From positions 2,013 through 66,012 of the forward strand of contig DAOMXN010000001.1 in assembly GCA_035437025.1 (NCBI GenBank): a stretch of 64,000 nt of DNA, read 5' to 3'. The stretch's first letter is position 1. Each line of letters begins with the position of its first letter. The stretch comes from Beijerinckiaceae bacterium (GTDB lineage Bacteria > Pseudomonadota > Alphaproteobacteria > Rhizobiales > Beijerinckiaceae). The translations under genes and the position numbers were made by a program. Positions 39,700-48,599 of this stretch are shown piece after piece. The notes beneath the pieces were generated by a model. That model worked only from the letters and a program-made list of their open reading frames with translations. It ran no database searches and was not told the origin of the DNA.

Positions 39700-39870
39700 A
39701 TCCCCAAACTCAGTTGCGTTTTCAGGCTCGAAATTGATCGACTTCGCCGCTCTTAAATTTTGGTCTGCATCTGTGACAGTCGGGGTAGATCTAAGGGCGT
39801 GCGCACGATGAGGCTGTTGACGACCCGTCGCCAAACATCCCCCTACAAAACCACCTGAAATATCGGCCAT

Positions 39871-42800
39871 TCAGCTTGGGTTCGAATGCCCTGCCCCGGC
39901 ATCCCCCGATTGCGCTGGTGCTGGCTCTTTAGGTTCCGGCTTGGGCGCGCGAGCACGCCCCATCCAGGCTTTGACGACCTCCCGCGCCGACTGGAACGCG
40001 ACGTAGAGACCAGGAATCAGCAGGATGCCGACAAGAGCCGCAGCCAACATGCCGCCGAATACGGCCGTGCCGACGGCGCGCTGCGTCGCCGCCCCGGCGC
40101 CGTTGGCTATAACCAGCGGAAGCAGCCCGAGGATGAAGGCAAAGGAGGTCATCATCACGGCGCGAAATCGCTGGTTCGCCGCATCGATCGCCGAGTCCAC
40201 GATCCCCTTGCCGTGGGCGCGATTCTCCGCAGCGAATTCGATGATCAGAATGGCGTTCTTTGCGGCCAGCGCAATCAGGATAACGACGCCAATCTGGGCA
40301 AAGATGTTGTTGTCGAGGCCCGCCAGCTTGAGCGCCATCATGGCGCCGAACAGGCCGGCGACGACCGACAGCAAGACCGCGACCGGAATTGTCCAGCTCT
40401 CGTAAAGCCCGACTAGACACAGATAGGCAAAGAGCATCGCCAGAATGAGAACGATGGTTGTTTGCCCGCCCGCTTGTTTTTCCTGGAATGCCGTGCCCGT
40501 CCACTCCAGTTTGAAGCCGCGCGGCAGCGATGCTTTCGCCACATCTTCCATCGCGGCGATGGCCTCGCTGGAGGAATGCCCCGGCGAGGGTCCGCCGTTC
40601 AACATCGCGGCGCGCTGGTTGTTATAGCGCATAATGATGGCGGGGCCGGTGACCAGTCGTATCGACACGACGCTGGTCAGCGGCACAAGATCGCCATTCG
40701 ACGTTGAGATGCGAATGCGCTCGATGTCGGAAGCGGACATGCGCGCCGCAGCCTCCGCCTGCACGTTGACCTGCCACGTCCGTCCAAACAGGTTGAAGTC
40801 GTTCACATAGGTTCCGCCAAGCACCGTCTGCATGGTTGAGAAGATGCTGGCGACGCTGATGCCGAGGGTCTGCGCTTTCTCACGGTCGACGATGACTTTC
40901 AGCTGCGGCGTATCGGCATTGAAGGTGGTGAAGACGCCGGCGAGGCGCTTGTCCTGATTGGCGCTGATCATCGTGCTGCGCGCCACCTGCGCCAGCAGGA
41001 CCGGATCGGCCCCTTCAAGACTTGTCACCAACGCCTGAAAGCCCGAGCCCGTGCCCAGTCCCTGGATCGGCGGCAGGTTGAAGGCGAAGGCGAAGGCGTC
41101 GGCGCGCGCCGCAAACTCCCGGTTGAGAGAGGCGATCACGCTGAAGGCGGACTGCGACGCCTCCTTGCGCTCGTCAAACGGCTTCATCGTGGCGACGAAG
41201 AAGGCTCGGTTCGGCAGGATCACGCCATCGAGCAGCGAAAACCCGTTGACCATGAACACGTCCTGGATGGCCTCGCGCTTGGCGATGACCTGCCGGATCG
41301 CTTCGCCGACGCTGGCGGTTCTTTCCGTCGAAGCGACTGCCGGCAGTTGGACCTCGCCCATGAAGGCGCCCTGATCCTCCAGCGGAAGGAAGCCCGCGGG
41401 CACGGTCTTGGCGAGCCAGCCTGTTCCGGCGGCGAAGAATGCCAGCAGACCGAGCGTCAAAACGGCCTTTCGGGCCAATGGCGCGATAAGCCCCATGAAC
41501 CCGCCCCGCATCCTGTCGACGCCCGTATTGAACATCCTGAACAGGCCTTTGGGCGCGGCCTTGTGCCTGAGGATGACGGCGCACATCGCGGGCGAAAAAG
41601 TCAGCGCGTTGACCGCTGAAATCACCATGGACGCAGAGACCGCCACGGCGAACTGCATGTAGAGCTGGCCGGAGATGCCGGGCATGAAGGCGGTGGGCAC
41701 AAACACCGAAAGCAACACGAGCGTGATCGCGATGATCGGCGCCGTGATCTCCTTCATCGCAGCCTCGGTCGCTTCGGCGACGGTCATCTCCGGATGCGAC
41801 TCCAGCTTGTGCTCGACCGCCTCCACCACGACGATCGCATCGTCGACGACGATGCCAATCGCCAGCACCAGCGCCAGCAGGGAAACGCTGTTGAGCGAGA
41901 ACCCCATCGCCAGCATCACGGCCAGCGTTCCGACCAGCGCCACAGGCACGGCCAGGATCGGGATGATCGTCGCGCGGAAACTGCCGAGGAAGATCAGCAC
42001 GACGATAGCGACCAGCACGAACGCCTCGCCCAGCGTGTGCATCACGCTTTCCATCATCTTTTCGACGAAGTAGGTCGAGTCGTACATGATCTTGATTTCG
42101 ACATCGTCGGGCAGACGCTGCCTGAGGCCCTCGACGACAGTCTTGATGCGCTCGGCGGTCGCCACGGCGTTGGCGCCGGGCGCCTGATAGATGCCAAGGC
42201 CGGCGGCCGGCCTGCCGTTGAACGAAGGCTGCGAATCCTCGGTCCGGGCGCCAAGCTCCACCCGCGCGATATCCTTGATGGTCACCCGTGCGCCGTCGGG
42301 ATTGACCCGGACAATGACGTTCTCGAATTCCTCTACGGTTCTAAGCCGACCGTCCGCGCTGAGGTTGACCTGAAAGTTCGTGCCGGGCACCAGCGGATTG
42401 GCGCCGATCCGCCCCACGGCCGCCTGCACGTTCTGGGCGCGCAGCGCCTGGACGACTTCGCCCGCCGTAATGTTCAGGCTGGCGAGACGGTTGACGTCCA
42501 GCCATACCCGCATCGAATAATCGCGCGGACCGAAGGCGAAGGCCTGTCCCACGCCCTCGATGCGCGCCAGCGGATCGACGACGTTGAGCTTGGTGTAGTT
42601 CGACAGGAACAGGGCGTCCCGCGAGCCCTTCGGCGAATAGACAGTGACAACCTGCAACAGGCTGGTCGATTTCTTGGTGACCGTCACGCCGAGCGCCTGA
42701 ACCTCGGACGGCAACAGCGCGGTTACCTGATTGACGCGGTTTGAAACGTTGACCGTGTTCATGTCGGGATTGGAGCCGACCGCGAAGCTCACGTTGAGCG

Positions 42801-43068
42801 TGTAGACGCCGTCCGATCCTGAGACGGACTGCATGTAGATCATCTTGTCCACGCCGTTGATCGCAGGCTCGATGACCTGCGCGACGGATTGTTCGAGCGC
42901 GGCTGCGTCGGCGCCCGGATAGACCGCCGTCACCGACACCTGCGAAGGCACGATGTCGGGAAACTGTGCGACGGGCATAGCGCGATAGGCGATCAGGCCG
43001 GCGATGGTGATGATCAGCGAAATGACGACGGCGAGGCGCGGTCGCCTGATGAAAATGCTCGAGATCAT
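39871..43068 (-). CDS. RND (AcrB/AcrD/AcrF family) efflux transporter permease
   Basis: 1065 aa. N-terminus MISSIFIRRPRLAVVISLIITIAGLIAYRAMPVAQFPDI, 12-TM RND architecture, two large periplasmic loops. Confidence 0.9.
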   Translation of the reverse strand: MISSIFIRRPRLAVVISLIITIAGLIAYRAMPVAQFPDIVPSQVSVTAVYPGADAAALEQSVAQVIEPAINGVDKMIYMQSVSGSDGVYTLNVSFAVGSNPDMNTVNVSNRVNQVTALLPSEVQALGVTVTKKSTSLLQVVTVYSPKGSRDALFLSNYTKLNVVDPLARIEGVGQAFAFGPRDYSMRVWLDVNRLASLNITAGEVVQALRAQNVQAAVGRIGANPLVPGTNFQVNLSADGRLRTVEEFENVIVRVNPDGARVTIKDIARVELGARTEDSQPSFNGRPAAGLGIYQAPGANAVATAERIKTVVEGLRQRLPDDVEIKIMYDSTYFVEKMMESVMHTLGEAFVLVAIVVLIFLGSFRATIIPILAVPVALVGTLAVMLAMGFSLNSVSLLALVLAIGIVVDDAIVVVEAVEHKLESHPEMTVAEATEAAMKEITAPIIAITLVLLSVFVPTAFMPGISGQLYMQFAVAVSASMVISAVNALTFSPAMCAVILRHKAAPKGLFRMFNTGVDRMRGGFMGLIAPLARKAVLTLGLLAFFAAGTGWLAKTVPAGFLPLEDQGAFMGEVQLPAVASTERTASVGEAIRQVIAKREAIQDVFMVNGFSLLDGVILPNRAFFVATMKPFDERKEASQSAFSVIASLNREFAARADAFAFAFNLPPIQGLGTGSGFQALVTSLEGADPVLLAQVARSTMISANQDKRLAGVFTTFNADTPQLKVIVDREKAQTLGISVASIFSTMQTVLGGTYVNDFNLFGRTWQVNVQAEAAARMSASDIERIRISTSNGDLVPLTSVVSIRLVTGPAIIMRYNNQRAAMLNGGPSPGHSSSEAIAAMEDVAKASLPRGFKLEWTGTAFQEKQAGGQTTIVLILAMLFAYLCLVGLYESWTIPVAVLLSVVAGLFGAMMALKLAGLDNNIFAQIGVVILIALAAKNAILIIEFAAENRAHGKGIVDSAIDAANQRFRAVMMTSFAFILGLLPLVIANGAGAATQRAVGTAVFGGMLAAALVGILLIPGLYVAFQSAREVVKAWMGRARAPKPEPKEPAPAQSGDAGAGHSNPS

Positions 43069-43071
43069 CGC

Positions 43072-44160
43072 CTACTTCCCGGCTTCGGCGCGCTGGGCAT
43101 TCACCTTCATGCCGGGACGAACGCGTTGCATGCCCTGAACGATGACCGTTTCGCCTTCCTTCAGGCCGTCGGTGATGACAGCAATGTCTCCGCTCGACTG
43201 GCCGACCTTGACGTAACGAACTGACACCATGCCCTGGCCGTCGACCACGAGCGCGAAAGTGCCGGTCTGGTCCGCCGCCAGCGCTACCTGCGGCGCAACG
43301 ACCTGCTTGCCCTCGGCGGGTTGCTCGATCAGCACGCGCACGGTCTGGCCATGGGTCAGCTGCCCGCCCGGATTGGCGAATGTGGCGCGAAGAACCTGCC
43401 CGTCCGTTCGGCTGTCGACAACATTGTCGATATAGTCGATTGCGCCCGTCTGTGAGTACAGCGACCCATCGGCGAGTTTCAGCCGGACAATCGGCTCCTT
43501 CGTCGCCTTGCGCTTCCGGTACTCCAGAACTTCACGCTGACTGACCGAAAATACGACCCGCATCTGATCCTCTTTCACGATCACGGCGAGCGGCCCGTTC
43601 GATGGCGACACGATATTGCCCTCGGTAATCGCCGTTCGACCAATCCGCCCGTCGATCGGCGCACGAATATCCGTATAACTCAACGTGATCTTCGCGTCGG
43701 AAAGGGCGGCCTCGGCGATCCGCACATTGGCGTCCGCCTTGGCGGACTCCGCCTTGCGCTGATCCACGGTCGCCGCGGTTCCGGCGTTGGTGCGCAGCAG
43801 TTCTTGCGCGCGGCCAAGATTGAGCGCTGCGTTCTGGGCGTCCGCCTTTGCGCTGGCCAGCTGAGCCTCTTTCGCGTCGACAGCCGCCTTGAATGGGTCC
43901 GGCTCGATCAGATAGAGGGGCTGGCCGGCCTTGACCTTTTCGCCATCCCTGAATTTCGGCGCTTCCAGAAGCCCTGAAACGCGCGCCCGGATTTCGACGC
44001 GCTCGACGGCTTCAATCTTGCCAATAAATTCGTTGTCGCGCCCGATTTCGCGAAGCTCGGCGGCCTTCACGATCACGGTCGGTACAGGCGCCGACTGCTG
44101 CGCCTGCGCGGTCGAGAGCAACGCCATTGACGCCATTGCAACCAGAAGTTTGAGCCTCAT
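43072..44160 (-). CDS. RND efflux periplasmic adaptor (membrane fusion protein)
   Basis: Signal peptide, lipoyl/coiled-coil/beta-barrel MFP pattern (VEIRARVSGLLE..., ...LSYTDIRAPIDGRIG...). 3-nt gap to the RND gene. Confidence 0.85.
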   Translation of the reverse strand: MRLKLLVAMASMALLSTAQAQQSAPVPTVIVKAAELREIGRDNEFIGKIEAVERVEIRARVSGLLEAPKFRDGEKVKAGQPLYLIEPDPFKAAVDAKEAQLASAKADAQNAALNLGRAQELLRTNAGTAATVDQRKAESAKADANVRIAEAALSDAKITLSYTDIRAPIDGRIGRTAITEGNIVSPSNGPLAVIVKEDQMRVVFSVSQREVLEYRKRKATKEPIVRLKLADGSLYSQTGAIDYIDNVVDSRTDGQVLRATFANPGGQLTHGQTVRVLIEQPAEGKQVVAPQVALAADQTGTFALVVDGQGMVSVRYVKVGQSSGDIAVITDGLKEGETVIVQGMQRVRPGMKVNAQRAEAGK

Positions 44161-44383
44161 GAACGCCTTCCCAATTCTCGCAACGAGCCTCCCTACTGCA
44201 GGCCTATCTCATACGTATTACAGTTGAGGCACGGCGCAAGGCTGGGCACGTCCAAAAGCCATATCATTGAAGCATTTGTTCTGATTCATTTCCTTGGTCT
44301 GAGCGGGATGAATCGGATGGATCAGCGCGGCAGGCTTGGGCCGAGAGGTCACGGATAGAGTGTTCTCAAGACCATGGTTTGCC

Positions 44384-44802
44384 TTACGGCACGCGCCGTC
44401 CCTGTGCGTCGATCAGGAGTTCACCATCCTCCTTGGCGAGAGGTCCGCGAGGTAGGCGGTCCAGCAGATCAAGGACGACTTCACTGGGGCGGCAGAGCTT
44501 GACGCCCTTGGGGGTGCAGACGATTGGGCGGTTAACGAGAACCGGGTGCTCCAGCATCGCGGCAAGAATGGTTTCATCGCTGATTCCCGGCTCAAGCAAG
44601 CCAAGCTCTTCGGCCGGTGATTTCGTAGCGCGTTGCGCGGCGTGAGATTGGCCGCGGCAAAGAGCGCCAGCAGCTGTGGCCGCGTCCAACCCGTCTTGAG
44701 ATACTCGACGACGTCCGGCTCGTATCCCGCCGCTTTGATGATGGCGAGCACGTTACGCGAGGTTCCGCAGGCGGGATTGTGATGGATGACGACCGGGAAC
44801 AT
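44384..44802 (-). pseudogene. arsC: Arsenate reductase ArsC (glutaredoxin-type), interrupted by a frameshift
   Basis: The N-terminal part MFPVVIHHNPACGTSRNVLAIIKAAGYEPDVVEYLKTGW...LTPRNALR is in one frame. The C-terminal part KSPAEELGLLEPGISDETILAAMLEHPVLVNRPIVCTPKGVKLCRPSEVVLDLL is in another. The junction is near 44620-44640. Confidence 0.7.
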
Positions 44803-45860
44803 CAGTGCTTTCCTTCCACCATGCGGGTTCTGACCGCACTGCCGGCCTCGTACCAATCTTTCGAGCGGTTCACGATGGCGACGACCGAGAGCATGACCGG
44901 CACTTCGATCAACACGCCGACGACGGTTGCGAGCGCCGCGCCGGACTGAAAGCCGAAAAGGCTGATCGCCGCGGCGACCGCGAGTTCGAAGAAGTTGCTC
45001 GCGCCGATCAGCGCCGAGGGACCGGCCACGCAATGGGCTTCGCCTGTCCAGCGGTTGAGCAGATAGGCAAGGCCTGAATTGAAATAGACCTGAATGGTGA
45101 TGGGCACAGCCAGCATCGCGATGACCAGCGGCTGCGCGATGATCTGCCCGCCCTGAAAAGCAAAGAGCAGCACCAGCGTTGCCAGCAGCGCAACAAGCGA
45201 CAGCGGCTGGAGAACGGCGAGGAAGCGTGCAAGTGCAGGCTCGCCACCGGTTGCCAGCATCTGCCGGCGCAGAACCTGCGCAATGATGACCGGCACGACA
45301 ATGTAGAGCACGACCGAGAGGACCAGCGTGTTCCACGGCACGGTGATCGCCGAAAGCCCAAGCAGCAGCCCGACCAATGGCGCGAATGCCAGCACCATGA
45401 TGACATCGTTCACCGCGACCTGACTGAGGGTGAAGTGTGGCTCGCCCTTGCAGAGGTTCGACCAGACGAACACCATGGCCGTGCAGGGCGCGGCGGCCAG
45501 CAGGATCAGCCCGGCGATATAGGAATTGATCTGGTCCGCCGGCAGATAGGGGCGGAATAGCCAAGAGATGAAAATCCACCCTAACAGCGCCATCGAGAAT
45601 GGCTTCACCGCCCAGTTGATGAATACTGTGACGCCAATACCGCGCCAATGCGCTTTGACACCGGAGAGCGCGGAGAAGTCGATCTTCACCAGCATCGGGA
45701 TGATCATCAACCAGACGAGCAGGGCAACGGGAAAGTTCACCTGGGCGATTTCCATCGCGCCGATGGCCTGAACGGGCCCCGGCAGGAGATGTCCCAGTGT
45801 GATGCCCACGACGATGCAAAGGACGACCCACAAGGTCAGGTAGCGCTCAAATGTCGACAT
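44802..45860 (-). CDS. acr3: ACR3-family arsenite efflux transporter
   Basis: ATG 45860 (MSTFERYLTLWVVLCIVVG...). Typical Acr3/ArsB(BART) pattern with conserved LAAAPCTAMV. Its stop overlaps the arsC start. Confidence 0.9.
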   Translation of the reverse strand: MSTFERYLTLWVVLCIVVGITLGHLLPGPVQAIGAMEIAQVNFPVALLVWLMIIPMLVKIDFSALSGVKAHWRGIGVTVFINWAVKPFSMALLGWIFISWLFRPYLPADQINSYIAGLILLAAAPCTAMVFVWSNLCKGEPHFTLSQVAVNDVIMVLAFAPLVGLLLGLSAITVPWNTLVLSVVLYIVVPVIIAQVLRRQMLATGGEPALARFLAVLQPLSLVALLATLVLLFAFQGGQIIAQPLVIAMLAVPITIQVYFNSGLAYLLNRWTGEAHCVAGPSALIGASNFFELAVAAAISLFGFQSGAALATVVGVLIEVPVMLSVVAIVNRSKDWYEAGSAVRTRMVEGKH

Positions 45861-45888
45861 ATCCGGTTTCTCGGGTGTGGCGCAGAAC

Positions 45889-46125
45889 TCAGGCGTTGAG
45901 CCAAACCGCCAGATCTTCTTCCTTCGGCAGCCCGCCCGCGTGAACCACCTTACCATCGATAACGATGCCAGGGGTCGAGGCGATGCCGTAACCGGCAATC
46001 GCCGCATAGTCCGTCACCTTCTCGACGTTGACATCGATGCCAAGGCGCGCGGCTTCGTCGCGCACCATCTGCACCGTAGCCTCGCATCGCTTGCAGCCAG
46101 GACCCAATACCTTGACGGTTTTCAC
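45889..46125 (-). CDS. Small thioredoxin-fold protein (redox-active disulfide protein 2-like)
   Basis: 78 aa with a CxxC motif in MKTVKVLGPGCKRCE. Confidence 0.75.
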   Translation of the reverse strand: MKTVKVLGPGCKRCEATVQMVRDEAARLGIDVNVEKVTDYAAIAGYGIASTPGIVIDGKVVHAGGLPKEEDLAVWLNA

Positions 46126-46137
46126 TGTTTGTCTCCT

Positions 46138-47190
46138 TCAGGCGAACACGAAATTGAAGAGGAAGCCGACAGCAAGAATGCCGCTTGCCACAACCGCGAC
46201 AAACACCGCGATGAGTTTAAGCGTCAGGACCTTCCTCAGGATGACCATTTCGGGAACCGAGAGCGCGATCACGCTCATCATGAAGGCGAGCACGGTGCCG
46301 AGCGCCGCCCCTTTTCCAAGCAGCGCCTCGACGACTGGGATGATCCCGGCGGCGTTGGAATACATCGGTATGCCGATCAGAACTGCCGCCGGAACGGACC
46401 ACCACGTATCCCGCCCCATGATTGAGACGAGCAGTTCAGAGGGCACATATCCATGGATGAAGGCGCCTGCGGCGATACCGGCGATGATCCAGAGCCAGAC
46501 TTTACCGACAATCTCCTTCACCGCCTCGATCCCAGCCTTGATGCGGTCGACAGCGGTGAGTCGATTGGCCGGCAGGTCGGCTTGGCCGGCGCGCAGGTTG
46601 CGCACCCAGTCTTCCAGCCATCCCTCCAGCTTGAGGCGTCCGATGATCCAGCCGGATACGATGGCTACCCCCAATCCAAACGCGAGATAGGTCAATGCCA
46701 CCTTCCAGCCAAGCAGCGCGAAGAGCAGCCCCAGCGCGACCTCATTGATCATTGGCGCGGCAATCAGGAAGGAGAAGGTCACGCCCAGTGGCACACCGGC
46801 TGACACAAAGCCGACAAACAGCGGCACCGCCGAACAGGAGCAGAAGGGCGTGAAGATACCGAGAACCGCCGCAGCAATATTGCCCACGCCTTCAGCCCTG
46901 CCGGCAAGCAGAGCTCGGGTTCGTTCCGGAGAGAAAAAGCTCCGGATAACCCCCATGCCGAACACCACGAGGGTCAGCAGCATCAACACCTTCGGGGTGT
47001 CGTAGAGGAAGAACTTCACCGCCTCATAGGCGTGGCTCCCCTTGGCCAACGGGAACAACCCCACCGCCCCTTCCGAGAAGGGCGCAAGCTGGCCATAGAC
47101 CGCAAACCAGATCACAACAAAGGCGGCAACGCCAAGGCACCAGATCCAGGTCGGCCGATGCCGGGATGCGCCACGAAGTGCGGATGTCAT
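46138..47190 (-). CDS. Permease of the DUF318/ArsP-like family
   Basis: 350-aa polytopic membrane protein with a vicinal cysteine motif TPFCSCSAVP. Translationally coupled to arsR by a 4-nt overlap. Confidence 0.65.
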   Translation of the reverse strand: MTSALRGASRHRPTWIWCLGVAAFVVIWFAVYGQLAPFSEGAVGLFPLAKGSHAYEAVKFFLYDTPKVLMLLTLVVFGMGVIRSFFSPERTRALLAGRAEGVGNIAAAVLGIFTPFCSCSAVPLFVGFVSAGVPLGVTFSFLIAAPMINEVALGLLFALLGWKVALTYLAFGLGVAIVSGWIIGRLKLEGWLEDWVRNLRAGQADLPANRLTAVDRIKAGIEAVKEIVGKVWLWIIAGIAAGAFIHGYVPSELLVSIMGRDTWWSVPAAVLIGIPMYSNAAGIIPVVEALLGKGAALGTVLAFMMSVIALSVPEMVILRKVLTLKLIAVFVAVVASGILAVGFLFNFVFA

Positions 47191-47510
47191 GCGGCGCTCC
47201 TCTGGCAGCTTGATGTTCCCTCCGACAGCGGCGGATCGTCTGATGCGGCAAGAACGGCATCGACCACGGCCTGCAAGATCGGATCATCAAGGGTGCGACG
47301 GCGGTAACGCATCCATTGCGCATCGCGCCGGTCCGAAATCAGCCCGACCTCCTTGAGGCACGCCATATGGCGCGACATGCTCGACTGGCTCACGCCAAGT
47401 CTGTCCATGAGTTCGCACAGGCAATGCTCATCGCCTCCCGCAAGCAAGCGCAGGGCCGAGCGGCGGGCCGGATGGGACAGTGCAGATAAGAGCGTATCGA
47501 GTTGTGGCAT
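47187..47510 (-). CDS. arsR: ArsR/SmtB-family metalloregulator
   Basis: ATG 47510 (MPQLDTLLSALSHPARRSALRLL...). Metalloid-binding-like HCLCEL motif and wHTH VSQSSMSRHMACLKEVGLI. Confidence 0.8.
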   Translation of the reverse strand: MPQLDTLLSALSHPARRSALRLLAGGDEHCLCELMDRLGVSQSSMSRHMACLKEVGLISDRRDAQWMRYRRRTLDDPILQAVVDAVLAASDDPPLSEGTSSCQRSAA

Positions 47511-47531
47511 GCAGGGACTAATGCAATGAAA

Positions 47532-47557
47532 TGCATATGCTGTCAATAGCATATGCA
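47532..47557. promoter_or_regulatory. Candidate ArsR operator (10-bp perfect inverted repeat)
   Basis: TGCATATGCT-GTCAAT-AGCATATGCA begins 22 nt upstream of the arsR ATG, in an AT-rich stretch. Confidence 0.4.
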
Positions 47558-47615
47558 AGAGACGACATATCCTGTTCTTCCGTGAAACGGCTACGCCGCA
47601 TGGTCCATCTCCTTG

Positions 47616-47670
47616 GTGATGGACCCAACTTACCGATGGCGGGAATTCAGGGGAGCACGTAACGGTCAAC
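47616..47670 (+). repeat. Repeat copy B of the IS-end-like sequence
   Basis: GTGATGGACCCAACTTACCGATGGCGGGAATTCAGGGGAGCACGTAACGGTCAAC. Same orientation as copy A, with a single mismatch in the 38-nt core and an indel in the distal part. Confidence 0.7.
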
Positions 47671-47808
47671 CATCATTCTTTTGGGCAAATTCTTTCAAGA
47701 ACCTGCAATTGCGTCGCCTAAGCCACAACAGTGCCCGAGCTAAGGAAAATGCCGTTCGCATTGCGGAACTGGCTTGCCCTCAGCAGGAAGTCTTGGGAGA
47801 AATTGCCC

Positions 47809-48576
47809 ATGTCCCAGTTCGAGATGCAGATCCGCGCCATCGCGCGTCAATATGAGATCCTATCAAAGGGGGACGGCCAGAAGGCGAACGTCGTAGCTGA
47901 GGCGATCTTGCGCTGTGTTGAGAACGGATATTGGCAACCAAACGACAAGATGCCCGCGGAACTGTCGCTGGCGAAAGCTTTGCCGGTCTCTTTGGGCACC
48001 ATACAGGCGGCCTATCGGATGCTGACGGCCGAGGGGGTTGTCGCGCGCCGCCGCAAGGACGGTACCCGCCTCACCTCGCAAGTCGATGTCAATTCCTTGA
48101 ACTGGCACCTGCGATTTTCCGATATGGAAACGGGCGCATCACTTACATGTCGGAGCACTGTGTTTTCGATCACCAAGACCCACGATTCCGGGGGCTGGAG
48201 CAAATTTCTCCCTGATGTTGCAGAGTTCACCTGCATCGCAAGACGCTGGTCCATCGGCGAACGCTTTCAGGTGCTCAGCAGGCTCTATATATCAGCCGAG
48301 TTTTACGAGCCCTTGGCCGAGTTGGGTATGAATGCCCTCAATGATATCAGTTTGCGTGCGGTCTTCAGCGATACACTGAGGATCCCGACGCTGCGAGCGA
48401 CCCATAGCATCTCGTTTAGGCCGCCCACCGAGGAGGAGGTCGCTGTTCTCGCGGTCATGACCGACAGGCCCCTCATGGTGCTGGAGGCCTGCGGCTATAC
48501 CTACCGGGATCAACCGTTCTCCTATCAGGTGTTTTCCATGCCGACGGAGTTGCGCAATGTTCGCCTGATGGTCTGA
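47809..48576 (+). CDS. GntR-family transcriptional regulator with UTRA-like effector domain (HutC subfamily-like)
   Basis: ATG 47809 preceded by GGGAGA. wHTH MPAELSLAKALPVSLGTIQAAYRMLTAEGVV. C-terminal UTRA-like region. Confidence 0.7.
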   Translation: MSQFEMQIRAIARQYEILSKGDGQKANVVAEAILRCVENGYWQPNDKMPAELSLAKALPVSLGTIQAAYRMLTAEGVVARRRKDGTRLTSQVDVNSLNWHLRFSDMETGASLTCRSTVFSITKTHDSGGWSKFLPDVAEFTCIARRWSIGERFQVLSRLYISAEFYEPLAELGMNALNDISLRAVFSDTLRIPTLRATHSISFRPPTEEEVAVLAVMTDRPLMVLEACGYTYRDQPFSYQVFSMPTELRNVRLMV

Positions 48577-48599
48577 GCACGTCCGATGGCAAGCCGCAT

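Noticed and set aside
39682-39870. 62-aa ORF immediately downstream of the RND gene
   Set aside because: It has no recognisable motif, overlaps the IS-end-like repeat region and has poor coding appearance. It could be a remnant, but that is not supportable.
39878-39893. tRNA T-arm-like GGGTTCGAATGCCCTG near the IS debris
   Set aside because: It lies inside the 3' end of the RND gene, encoding ...GAGHSNPS. It has no surrounding cloverleaf and is judged coincidental.
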